This document shows, piece by piece, positions 9,523 through 17,515 of a stretch of DNA of 29,231 nt. A model generated the notes under the pieces. That model was not told where the DNA came from, did no database searches, and was given only the letters and a program-made list of their open reading frames with translations. Source of the stretch: a virus. Numbering within the stretch: the stretch's first letter is position 1; each line of letters opens with the position of its first letter. The stretch lies in the IMG/VR virus record IMGVR_UViG_3300037851_000865, positions 1 to 29,231 of that record; one strand, written 5' to 3'. The translations under genes were made by a program, and so were the position numbers.

Positions 9523-11094
9523 ATGCGACAAGAATTCGTTAACGCAGGCCGTCTTGCCCACCCTGTCCGCGAGTACATCGTGAACAACAGTGTGATGAAT
9601 GGCACCATCACAGTAGAAGCTCCGTACCCAACCCATATCCGCCTCAAAGTAGATGCCGCGGGTACGAGGTCCGGCAAGGTTATTCTGGACTTCGAGGATG
9701 CGCCGGAGGACGGAGAGCTTCTGTATGTGACTGTTGAGCAGCCTCCTGACCTTCCGGGCAACAACCATGCTCTCTGTCGTGTGGAGATAAACATCGCTGG
9801 TACGCTGAACAACCCAGGCGCCTTCTACGTGGCCAACTCGGGAGGTATGGACCCTGACCCGCATGCCAGCATGGTGACCACCTTCCAGCTGATGTACCAC
9901 GCGAGCGGTCACTACTGGGTGAAGCTTTCTGAGGGCGTTACACCAATCGGACCTGTCAGCTACGTGTACGATTGGACTGAGAGGTACTTTCAGGAGCCGC
10001 AGAAGACAGATGCCCTTCTAGGTCCCTGGAGACCTGTCCGCTCTGAGTACGACAGCGAAAACGGTCCCGCTACTGCCGTGACCAACCCTGTGTACATCGA
10101 GAGGACTTCTGGCCCTCTCGCCGGCGGGGCTTGCTGCTGGGTGTCGCAGGATACTGGAACCAACCAAGGCATCCTCTACTTCATGCTCGCTAGCGGCGTG
10201 TTTACGAAGGTGCCGTTTGGGGTAATCTCGCCTCCCAAGACCCTCGCGGTTCGAGAGAACGCCGCATCCGACACAATCATTCAGTTCAAGCTAGGCACCG
10301 TTGGAGGTAGTACCTATTCTCTCATCGTCACCGTCGACAACACCGGTCAGGCGAGCGTTACGACATTGGCCAACACAGCGCTTCCGGCAGGCGAGGGCGG
10401 GGTGCTCTACAAGGACAAGTACGACGACGCCTTCTACTGGTATAGTGCTGGTGATGTGTACCGGCAGTCTGGTGGTCTAGGTGGAGCTCCTGCGTCCATC
10501 CACACGACGGCTGGCACGACTGGCTACTTGGCTAGGAGCTCTACTGGCCGTTTGGGCTTAACTCACGCCAACGGCGGAAACGTCTACTTCAACCGCTCGT
10601 TGCAGGGTCTAGGTGTTGCAGTCACGGCCTTTGGGGCAGACGTGTTGGTGGCGGGCGGTGGGATAAGTGTTTACCGCATAGCGTTTGACCGTGTTCGGAA
10701 CCGTTGGTTGATACTGCTCTCTAACGGAAAGCTCATGGCCTACGAGGACGACACCATGGGTGCTTGGACGGAGATTGCGGACCTAAACAACGTCGGCGGC
10801 ATCAATATGCTTTCTTTTGGTCCGCCAGATTACTTCGGGTACGTAGGCAACCTTCTCGTGTGGCTCGACAGCAGCGCTAACGGAAGCTTCTGTGCCTACA
10901 GTGTTAACGGCGGCACCAGCTGGAAGCTGTGGCACTCAATTGGCAGCATAGGCTCCTTCCCTGTTTTCGTTCAAGGCTTTTGCTACCTAGGCGGGTATCT
11001 GGTTGCTTCTGCTATTTCCTCCGCCAACGAGCCCAAGATGCTTGTGAGCGCCGACCGCGTAAACCGTTGGGGACCTTTCGACCAACAGCGTTGA
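9523..11094 (+). CDS. Putative receptor-binding/virion protein with a beta-propeller
   Basis: 523 aa, SD GAGG. Asp-box/BNR-like YSVNGGTSW and repeated four-strand blade-like segments (IAFDRVRNRWLILLSNGKLMAY). Confidence 0.55.
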   Translation: MRQEFVNAGRLAHPVREYIVNNSVMNGTITVEAPYPTHIRLKVDAAGTRSGKVILDFEDAPEDGELLYVTVEQPPDLPGNNHALCRVEINIAGTLNNPGAFYVANSGGMDPDPHASMVTTFQLMYHASGHYWVKLSEGVTPIGPVSYVYDWTERYFQEPQKTDALLGPWRPVRSEYDSENGPATAVTNPVYIERTSGPLAGGACCWVSQDTGTNQGILYFMLASGVFTKVPFGVISPPKTLAVRENAASDTIIQFKLGTVGGSTYSLIVTVDNTGQASVTTLANTALPAGEGGVLYKDKYDDAFYWYSAGDVYRQSGGLGGAPASIHTTAGTTGYLARSSTGRLGLTHANGGNVYFNRSLQGLGVAVTAFGADVLVAGGGISVYRIAFDRVRNRWLILLSNGKLMAYEDDTMGAWTEIADLNNVGGINMLSFGPPDYFGYVGNLLVWLDSSANGSFCAYSVNGGTSWKLWHSIGSIGSFPVFVQGFCYLGGYLVASAISSANEPKMLVSADRVNRWGPFDQQR

Positions 11095-11109
11095 TAAAAC
11101 AGGAGACGC

Positions 11110-11598
11110 ATGGAAAACCTTCAAGACCTAACATCCCTCATTCTTCGTCCAGGTACATTCGCGATTTCGGTTGCGGTGGTCATCCTGACGTTCTTTGCCA
11201 AGCGCATTGTGGAGCTTGCTCTTCCTCAGTGGAAGGCGACCACGGTGCTGACGGACACGCCCAGCCCCGACCCAAAAGAGCTACTGAAGGCTCATACGTA
11301 CAAGAGCCGTCCCGCCATGTGGTGGAACGAAGTCATCTTGTATGCGATTCCCGTTACATTCGGCGCGCTCATTGGTCTCATGCGCTCCGAGTTCCTACAT
11401 GGTCCCGCTAACGCTGAGCTAGGTGCGCGTATCATGTGGAGCGCCGGCGTAGGCTGGTTCTCGAGCTTCTTCTACACAATCCTTCGTAGAGTGCTGCTTC
11501 AGAAGACCGGCGTCGACATCAAGCCCGGCGGGGCTTCTATCGCTCCCGTGATTCCTTCTGTCGTCGAGGACAACGTGTCTACGCCAGGGGATAGCTGA
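11110..11598 (+). CDS. Holin-like membrane protein
   Basis: SD AGGAG; 2-3 hydrophobic segments (FAISVAVVILTFFA; VILYAIPVTFGALIGLM; IMWSAGVGWFSSFFY); first gene after the tail genes. Confidence 0.5.
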   Translation: MENLQDLTSLILRPGTFAISVAVVILTFFAKRIVELALPQWKATTVLTDTPSPDPKELLKAHTYKSRPAMWWNEVILYAIPVTFGALIGLMRSEFLHGPANAELGARIMWSAGVGWFSSFFYTILRRVLLQKTGVDIKPGGASIAPVIPSVVEDNVSTPGDS

Positions 11599-11972
11599 TG
11601 CCCTTCTGGTTGTGGCTCAAAGGCACGGCATGGCCGTGGCTCAAGAAGCACTGGAGATGGGTCATCCTGTTTCCAGCGATGCTCGTTGTGTGGTTGCTCG
11701 GTCGGCGGTCGGGTTCAGTCACCGTCATTGACTCTCGTAAGGAGAGCAGCGAGGCAGCAGAGCTCAAGGCCAAGCTCGAGGCTCAGGCCGCGGAGGCCAA
11801 AGAGGAGGCCAAGCAGGAGGCTCGTGCCAAGTCCATGCAGCTCCTTCAAGACCACGAGAAGGCCGTGAACGAGCTGAGCGCTGAGCAGCAAGGAAAAATG
11901 CAGGAGCTACTGGACGAGCCGGAAAAGCTCAACAGCTTCTTGCTCGACGTTGGGAAGGGCATGCGCAAATGA
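11598..11972 (+). CDS. i-spanin-like protein (N-terminal TM plus coiled coil)
   Basis: TM WVILFPAMLVVWLLG followed by an E/K/A/Q-rich helical region; TGATG coupling with the upstream gene. Confidence 0.5.
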   Translation: MPFWLWLKGTAWPWLKKHWRWVILFPAMLVVWLLGRRSGSVTVIDSRKESSEAAELKAKLEAQAAEAKEEAKQEARAKSMQLLQDHEKAVNELSAEQQGKMQELLDEPEKLNSFLLDVGKGMRK

Positions 11973-12496
11973 ACGTGTACGACAAAGTGCTGCTTGAGAC
12001 TCGTCTTGAGTTTCCGCAGTTCAAGATTGAGAAGAAGTCCGAGAGCCGCTTCATGCGGTTCTTGGCCTTTCTGCTTTTCTTCAACAAAGCGTTCATGGTG
12101 CATTTCGTCACCACGATTGGCAACACAATGTGGGTGCCTGCGGTTTGGGAATTGTGGACACCAGACCTGCAAGCATCAGTTCTCCGCCACGAGCGCGTGC
12201 ACCTGCAGCAGCAGAAGCGGTACGGTATGTTGCGCTACTCGCTGATGTATCTGCTGTGGCCGTTCCCTATCCTGTGGGCTGCAGGCAGGACCAAGCTTGA
12301 GATGGAGGCCTACGAGGAGAGCCTTCGGTCATACGCCGAGTACTACGGCGTGGCTATCCTCACCTCAGAGGCTCTTCGTGAGGGCATAATTGCCCACTTC
12401 ACCACCGGTCAGTATGGGTGGATGTGCATCAACAAGAAGAAGGTAGAAGCTTGGTACGACGGCTTCGCCCGCAGCATGTTGGAGGAGAGTGCCTGA
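11969..12496 (+). CDS. HExxH zincin-like metallopeptidase (DUF4157-like)
   Basis: VTTIGNTMW strand, LRHERVHLQQ motif, downstream LEMEAY providing a likely third ligand; two hydrophobic segments. Confidence 0.65.
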   Translation: MNVYDKVLLETRLEFPQFKIEKKSESRFMRFLAFLLFFNKAFMVHFVTTIGNTMWVPAVWELWTPDLQASVLRHERVHLQQQKRYGMLRYSLMYLLWPFPILWAAGRTKLEMEAYEESLRSYAEYYGVAILTSEALREGIIAHFTTGQYGWMCINKKKVEAWYDGFARSMLEESA

Positions 12497-12499
12497 TTC

Positions 12500-12508
12500 T
12501 GGTACTCT
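12500..12508 (+). promoter_or_regulatory. Candidate extended -10 promoter giving a leaderless mRNA
   Basis: TGgTACTCT; standard spacing places +1 on the A of the ATG at 12515. Confidence 0.4.
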
Positions 12509-12514
12509 ACTGCC

Positions 12515-12997
12515 ATGCCTGCCAGAGGAGTCTACAAGGGCCAGCCTGCTGACCCAGATACCGTGAAGTTCACCACGGAGTTTCAGGGTATCCCGGTTCG
12601 GGTAGACCGTCCCCGCGGCTTCATCATGCTGGGTGTGGACTCGAAGGGCAGGAAGTGGGCTCGTCGATACAAGTACGACTACGGCTACATCCCCAAGACG
12701 CTTGGCGGAGACAATGATGGGCTCGATGTGTTCATCGGTCCGAACAAGAAGGCTGAGCAGGTCTACTGGGTCAACCAGCGTAAAGAAGACGGCTCCTTCG
12801 ACGAGTACAAGGTCTTCATGGGTTTCGACAATCGCGACGAGGCCGCAGCCGCGTACCGAGCACACATTCCAAAGAAGCTCATGGGAGGAATGATGACACT
12901 ACGTGTCAACATGATGAAGGCCATGCTTGGGCAGAACCCCGAGGAGGTCATGAAGACGGCCATGGCTCGTGCGCTCATGAAGGAGCTTTTCGTATGA
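12515..12997 (+). CDS. Inorganic pyrophosphatase-like protein (InPase domain of phage/plasmid polyvalent proteins)
   Basis: G..V.V..P.G..R/M.G.D..G.KW...YDYGYIPKT.G.DNDGLDVFIG....VY.VNQ...G.FDEYKVFMGF....EA..AY; DxDxxD matches the family I PPase metal-binding motif. Confidence 0.8.
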   Translation: MPARGVYKGQPADPDTVKFTTEFQGIPVRVDRPRGFIMLGVDSKGRKWARRYKYDYGYIPKTLGGDNDGLDVFIGPNKKAEQVYWVNQRKEDGSFDEYKVFMGFDNRDEAAAAYRAHIPKKLMGGMMTLRVNMMKAMLGQNPEEVMKTAMARALMKELFV

Positions 12998-13515
12998 GCT
13001 GGCGTGCCTTCGTGGCAGCAATGCTCCTGCCTTGTGTTGCAGCCGCGGAAGGGCCTGTACCGCCGCAGTACCTTCTGCCGCTACCTGAGCTAAAGCTGCA
13101 GACCATCCCGCCGGGCGAGGACCAGATTGTCCCGCTGCGGAAGGGTGACCCGGCCCCTTTCGCCGGGCAGTTGTTCTCGCAGGAGACGGCTCTTCGCTGG
13201 GGCAACTGGATGCAGCAGTACCAGACACAAACGCCTCTCCTGCTGCAGACCTACAGCCAGGTCTGTACTACTGAGATTGGGTACCGAGACAAGGTCCTCA
13301 AAATTAGCGACGAGACTTCTGCCAAGATTCAAGCGGACCAGATGGCGCGCATTCGTAGTCTCGAGGAGCAGAACGCAAAGCTGCAGGGCGAGCTCACGAA
13401 AGGCCCTCCCTTCTTTCAGTCCCGCACGTTCGGCATCATGCTTGGCGTCGTCAGTATGGTGGGCGTCACTGCCTTGAGCATCTGGGCCATTGAAGCCACC
13501 TCGAAGGCGAACTGA
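12994..13515 (+). CDS. Exported coiled-coil protein with C-terminal TM; possible spanin component
   Basis: Signal peptide MSWRAFVAAMLLPCVAAA, KGDPAPFAGQLF motif, coiled coil (RIRSLEEQNAKLQGEL), C-terminal TM FGIMLGVVSMVGVTALSIWAI. Confidence 0.45.
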   Translation: MSWRAFVAAMLLPCVAAAEGPVPPQYLLPLPELKLQTIPPGEDQIVPLRKGDPAPFAGQLFSQETALRWGNWMQQYQTQTPLLLQTYSQVCTTEIGYRDKVLKISDETSAKIQADQMARIRSLEEQNAKLQGELTKGPPFFQSRTFGIMLGVVSMVGVTALSIWAIEATSKAN

Positions 13516-13519
13516 GGCT

Positions 13520-13548
13520 AAAAGAAAGGAGGCCGAAGCCTCCTCTCC
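13520..13548 (-). terminator. Rho-independent terminator between the convergent blocks
   Basis: Minus strand AGGAGGC-TTCG-GCCTCCT-TTCTTTT (cUUCGg tetraloop plus U tract); possibly bidirectional. Confidence 0.85.
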
Positions 13549-13552
13549 CCGC

Positions 13553-13987
13553 CTACAGGCGAGATAGCTTCTCAACAAAGTCGCGAAGCTCTTCCGGTGA
13601 CTTGCGCATTGCTGCACGCAGCGCTGCGCCCATCACGTATTGAGCCTGGTCGTTGACCTGCTTCTTCGAAAGACCCTCACTCAGCTTCTGCTGAAGATAG
13701 CCGTCACGCGACAGAGCAAAGTATTGCTCGAGCGTGAGCACGGGGTAGTGCATCGGCAAGGTGGACCATCCGATGTATCCGCACTTGGTGCAGACCCAGC
13801 ACTTCGAGCCTTCACGGCTTTCGTGCTCGACCTGCCCATCGCACATCTGATGGCCCTCCGCACTCCAGAGGGGGTCATCGACTGAGTTTGGGTATCCCAC
13901 CCGCTGCCGCCAGGGTTCCCTGGCAACAACGGCGTCTAGCGGCTCCGTGAACAGCATGAATTTCTCCTTGTGGTTCTCGGTGCCCAT
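13553..13987 (-). CDS. Hypothetical zinc-ribbon protein
   Basis: HQMC...WVCTKCG followed by a helical C-terminus. Confidence 0.55.
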   Translation of the reverse strand: MGTENHKEKFMLFTEPLDAVVAREPWRQRVGYPNSVDDPLWSAEGHQMCDGQVEHESREGSKCWVCTKCGYIGWSTLPMHYPVLTLEQYFALSRDGYLQQKLSEGLSKKQVNDQAQYVMGAALRAAMRKSPEELRDFVEKLSRL

Positions 13988-13996
13988 GCCGCTAGC

Positions 13997-14143
13997 TCAG
14001 GACTCCACGATGTATGAAAACTCCGTGAACTCCGCGAGTGTTGTGCCGTATGGAAGCCCAGCTTGCTGAGCCTCCATTGGCGTGCTGATTTCAACCACCT
14101 GGCTGGCGTCGGGCAACGTAGCTCCCGGCCAGATGGGACTCAT
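13997..14143 (-). CDS. Small hypothetical protein (48 aa, not in the ORF track)
   Basis: The ATG overlaps the upstream stop (TAATG) and the ORF fills the gap: MSPIWPGATLPDASQVVEISTPMEAQQAGLPYGTTLAEFTEFSYIVES. Confidence 0.5.
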   Translation of the reverse strand: MSPIWPGATLPDASQVVEISTPMEAQQAGLPYGTTLAEFTEFSYIVES

Positions 14144-15213
14144 TATTTTCCCGAGGCGTCGCCCAGTGCCGCGAGGAACTGCTGGACGGCGTTGTCATCG
14201 TACATCCTCGCCATGGCGGCCAAGTCCTTGGGCTCGAGGCCCTGAGAACCTGCCATGGCGAACAGCGTCTTCAGGATGACCTTCTGCAGCGTTACCACCG
14301 AGCGGATGTCTGCATTCCCTGCGTCGACGCCTTTTCCGATGGTCTGGATGCCGGACAGGACGGCTGCCAGCAGCGCAGCCGAGTCTCCAGTATTGCCTGG
14401 GTCGGAGGCCGTTTGCGGCTGGCGCTTCGGAGGCTGCTGCTGGGCCGGAGGACCCTGGGGCGGCGGACCTTGTGGAGGCATACCGGCGGGCATACCCATC
14501 GGAGGACCCTGAGGGGGTGCCATGTGCGGAGCGCCTGCAGGCGGACCCATGGGTGGGCCTTGCGGAGGAGCCATGGGAGGAGCTCCCATAGGCGGCCCCT
14601 GCGGAGGTCCTTGCGGCGGCATTTGCGGTGCACCCATGGGAGGCGGTGCCATGGGGGGCCCTCCGGCGGGAGGTCCCATAGGCATCTGCTGCTGCTGCTG
14701 CTGGTAGTTCTGGGGCTGCTGCATTGGCGGCCCCATGGGAGGAGCCATCTGCGGCGCACCAGCAGGAGGGGCCATGGGGGGCGCCATGGGAGGGGCCTGA
14801 GGCGGCTGCTGGTACTGGTGTTGCTGGGGTGCCTGAGGGTAGCCCTGCGGCGCCTGAGGGTAGCTTGGCTGCTGGTACTGCGGTTGCTGAGGAGGCTGCA
14901 TCTGGGGTGGAGGTGCTTGGGGAGGCATGCCTGCTGCGGGCATCATGGCCTGCTGTTGCTGAGGAGGCATGGGCTGTTGGTACTGCGGCTGCTGAGCTTG
15001 CTCGGGAGCTCCGCCGTTCTGGGCGTCGTGGCGTGTGAGTCCCTGGAGGACCTCGTTTGCCATCTGGTCGATGGACATTGACATGAACGCCTGCTGGTAG
15101 TGGTCGTCGAGCAGCAGGTTGAGTTGGGAGGCCAGACGGACAAGCTGTCCGCGTGTGAGTTGAGAAAGAGCCGCTACGTCGCGTGGTACCGTGCTGATGG
15201 TTACACCGTTCAT
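14143..15213 (-). CDS. Pro/Gln/Met-rich low-complexity protein with helical N- and C-terminal domains
   Basis: 356 aa; N-terminal LSQLTRGQLVRLASQLNL (HeH/Rho-N-like), a central uncharged P/Q/M/G/A region of about 200 aa, and a helical C-terminus; ATGA coupling. Confidence 0.75.
   Translation of the reverse strand: MNGVTISTVPRDVAALSQLTRGQLVRLASQLNLLLDDHYQQAFMSMSIDQMANEVLQGLTRHDAQNGGAPEQAQQPQYQQPMPPQQQQAMMPAAGMPPQAPPPQMQPPQQPQYQQPSYPQAPQGYPQAPQQHQYQQPPQAPPMAPPMAPPAGAPQMAPPMGPPMQQPQNYQQQQQQMPMGPPAGGPPMAPPPMGAPQMPPQGPPQGPPMGAPPMAPPQGPPMGPPAGAPHMAPPQGPPMGMPAGMPPQGPPPQGPPAQQQPPKRQPQTASDPGNTGDSAALLAAVLSGIQTIGKGVDAGNADIRSVVTLQKVILKTLFAMAGSQGLEPKDLAAMARMYDDNAVQQFLAALGDASGK
14430..15000 (-). repeat. 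Degenerate coding repeats (GPPMG / APPQ / MAPP / QQP units)
   Basis: Recurrent CCCATGG/GGAGG units in the DNA encode repeated GPPMGAPPMAPPQ-type peptides. Confidence 0.7.
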
Positions 15214-15629
15214 TTGCTAATTCCTTGGGGCAAGTACAGTCGAATTTTGTCTTCGTTCTTTTGGTTCTTGACGATGCACGTCAAAACTTGAGCATCCAAA
15301 CAACCGAAGCACGGATGAGGGTCCCTTGTACTTTCGTTTGTCGTATGCAGGTTCTGTGCAGGGCACTTCAGCTGCGCCTTCAATTGCGTCCAGTAATCGA
15401 GTAGGAAGCCGATGATGCCGTGCCTCCACTTGTCTACTGGATGAGTTGCCTCTGTCATGGGTGGAGGGTCATACTCGCCAGACAAGTACCCAATCAAGTA
15501 CTGACGAGAGGTTGCGGGGTGCACGCTGATGCCCGCCCGCACGCAGAGTTGGTAGAGCTCCGTCCTATTCATCCTCCACAATGGAGAGGAGTGTGTCGAG
15601 ATAGTTGGTGATTGCGTTGTTTGACTCAT
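15210..15629 (-). CDS. Hypothetical protein with HeH/Rho-N-like N-terminus and a Cys cluster
   Basis: LWRMNRTELYQLCVRAGI...SRQYLI; C-terminal CP...PCFGC...C. Confidence 0.55.
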   Translation of the reverse strand: MSQTTQSPTISTHSSPLWRMNRTELYQLCVRAGISVHPATSRQYLIGYLSGEYDPPPMTEATHPVDKWRHGIIGFLLDYWTQLKAQLKCPAQNLHTTNESTRDPHPCFGCLDAQVLTCIVKNQKNEDKIRLYLPQGISK

Positions 15630-16038
15630 CGTTCAAATTCCAGAGCCATAGGTGCGTGGAATCCTCCTTTCCCACGCTCTTACGAGCTATCACCGTCCAG
15701 TGATGGCTGTCATCTACTGCGGTAGCTTCCGCCAAAGCATCTTCAAGAAGCTTGACGCGGTTGCTTACGTCAAACTTCTTATACCGATTCTCGGTAGAAG
15801 TTGGATAGCCCTTGTTGAGAAGAAGGGACTCATCTGCAAATGTCATGTGCGCGAAGAGCATCCAAGGAACGTTGGTTTTCAGCTGCCGAAGCTCGTTGGG
15901 GTAAGTACGCGTCAGATGTGTCTTTGTCTCTGCCTTGTACTTCTTTCCGGCGGCACTCAGTGCCCGCCCTCCGCCTTTGGTTCTGACGTACAGATGATTG
16001 ACGGAAAGCGGGACGCTGGGGATATGCAGGTGAATCAT
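15565..16038 (-). CDS. rusA: RusA-family Holliday junction resolvase
   Basis: P.SVNHLY N-terminal motif; DVSNRVKLLEDAL...DDS matches the RusA D.DN..K...DAL.....DD motif. Confidence 0.8.
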   Translation of the reverse strand: MIHLHIPSVPLSVNHLYVRTKGGGRALSAAGKKYKAETKTHLTRTYPNELRQLKTNVPWMLFAHMTFADESLLLNKGYPTSTENRYKKFDVSNRVKLLEDALAEATAVDDSHHWTVIARKSVGKEDSTHLWLWNLNDESNNAITNYLDTLLSIVEDE

Positions 16039-16619
16039 CAGAAGCGCGGAGGCGCCCCTCCAGGAACACTACCGCCCACATTGGTTTGACGGTTAGTTTC
16101 TTCTATGTTCTGGCCGCGTACGGTGATTGCGCGCGACACCATGCTGATGTTGCCTGCAAAGCGCCGAATCTCGGTGTCGTAGAAGTCGAGGAATTGGGTA
16201 AGACGCTGCTCGTTAACGCCAAGGTCCTGGTAGCGTGGGTTAGTCCGCGCAGCATCAGCCACCTCATCCTTGCTGATGACCTTCTTCTTGTTGCCTTCGC
16301 GCAAACGCTTCTTTGTGTGCACTTCAATAGCAGATAGCTCATTCTTAACCTGAGTGAGCATCATCTTGTAGTAGTTGCAGCGTTGCTCTGCAAAGTCCTT
16401 CCACGCCTTGTTCTTGGCGAACTCTCGGGTGAGAATGCGAGAGTCGTGAGAGGTCAACGTGTCGAGGTCCAGGTACTCAGGGTACCCAAAAGGTGGCTCT
16501 CCCAATGACTTGAATCCTTCCCGGGCCACCTGCGCAAGCACTTCGTTGTAGGTGTCCCACTGTTGGTGCACTGATGCCTGTTCGGTAGCCGACAGGCCGA
16601 GGTCGTCAGGTATCTCCAT
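16038..16619 (-). CDS. Coiled-coil protein, possibly a UvsY-like recombination mediator
   Basis: Likely start MEIPDD at 16619 (TAATG coupling) rather than 16712; all-helical, with ISKDEVADAARTNPRY; lies in the RecA cluster. The function is inferred from context. Confidence 0.45.
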   Translation of the reverse strand: MEIPDDLGLSATEQASVHQQWDTYNEVLAQVAREGFKSLGEPPFGYPEYLDLDTLTSHDSRILTREFAKNKAWKDFAEQRCNYYKMMLTQVKNELSAIEVHTKKRLREGNKKKVISKDEVADAARTNPRYQDLGVNEQRLTQFLDFYDTEIRRFAGNISMVSRAITVRGQNIEETNRQTNVGGSVPGGAPPRF

Positions 16620-17515
16620 TACATATCCTTTGGGTGAACAGGTAGGCCGTAGCCCCTGTTCGGTTTGAGGTAGTTCGGCTGACACGTCCAGCCCCACGGA
16701 CACCAACCACAAGGCATGCCTTCAGAGCGAGGAGGCAGCTTGTTGTCTCGCGCCATCTCGAACGCCTCGACGATGCGCGGTTCGAGACTGTTGACCCACA
16801 TGTGGTAGTTGTACTTGGACAAGAACGGAGCCTCACTACTTGTGTAGCTCTGGTTGTTCTTATTGTAGTAGAGCACCCACATCAGCGGGATGCCGAGCAT
16901 CGTCATGTAGAAGCAGGTCTGCTCCTTGTGCTCCTTCTTCGGTTCCTTCAGCTTGGCGTACTCGTCGGTAGACGCCGTCTTGATTTCCAGCCCTACACGC
17001 AAGAATGGAATCCATGCGAGCTGACCCTCCGCGTTGTAGCCTGCCTGCCAGAACACGAAGGAACCGTCACACGAACTGTCCGCCTCGTACTTAGCAGCAA
17101 GCCCTCCAAGACTGGCATTGATTTTCACCTCGTCTTGGAAGGTCAAGCACACCTGTGTTTGAGTGCTGTTGTACCAGGCACACATGAGGTGGAACTCGTG
17201 CTGGATTACGGCATGCACCATCGTACCGATATCGAAACGGCGCTGCATACCAATGTCCTTTTCGTGTGACTGAATGCGCCGAGGTGTGCCCATAAGCGAG
17301 TACACCATCTTGCGTTTGCACCCTGAGAGCTCGGATGCGTGGATGCCCGGTTTTCGGTCGCGCTCACCGCGGAACTCGACCGTGATGGACATGTTACCGT
17401 CGTGCTGTCGTTTCCAGGCATCCCAGATTTTGCTGAGACTCTGGGCGTATTCGATGTACGTTCTGCAGTCAGCTTCTGATACTGAGTCGAGCTCAGCGAG
17501 TGTTGTCAACGGCAT
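16619..17515 (-). CDS. Cas4/RecB-like PD-(D/E)xK exonuclease with a probable Fe-S cluster
   Basis: HASELSGCKRK, GTMVH, CDG, LEIKT, QTCFY (QxxxY) and C-terminal CGWCPWGWTC. Confidence 0.85.
   Translation of the reverse strand: MPLTTLAELDSVSEADCRTYIEYAQSLSKIWDAWKRQHDGNMSITVEFRGERDRKPGIHASELSGCKRKMVYSLMGTPRRIQSHEKDIGMQRRFDIGTMVHAVIQHEFHLMCAWYNSTQTQVCLTFQDEVKINASLGGLAAKYEADSSCDGSFVFWQAGYNAEGQLAWIPFLRVGLEIKTASTDEYAKLKEPKKEHKEQTCFYMTMLGIPLMWVLYYNKNNQSYTSSEAPFLSKYNYHMWVNSLEPRIVEAFEMARDNKLPPRSEGMPCGWCPWGWTCQPNYLKPNRGYGLPVHPKDM

Noticed and set aside
1-11094. Diversity-generating retroelement or invertible fibre cassette
   Set aside because: No reverse transcriptase, recombinase or template/variable repeat pair was noticed in the window.
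16620-16712. Longer N-terminal starts given by the ORF track (16712; likewise 19591, 23012, 27257)
   Set aside because: They overlap upstream genes; downstream ATGs with SD sequences or stop-start coupling fit better.
16619-17515. Cas4-like gene as evidence of a CRISPR-Cas system
   Set aside because: No repeat-spacer array or other cas genes in the window; solo Cas4-like nucleases are common in phage recombination modules.
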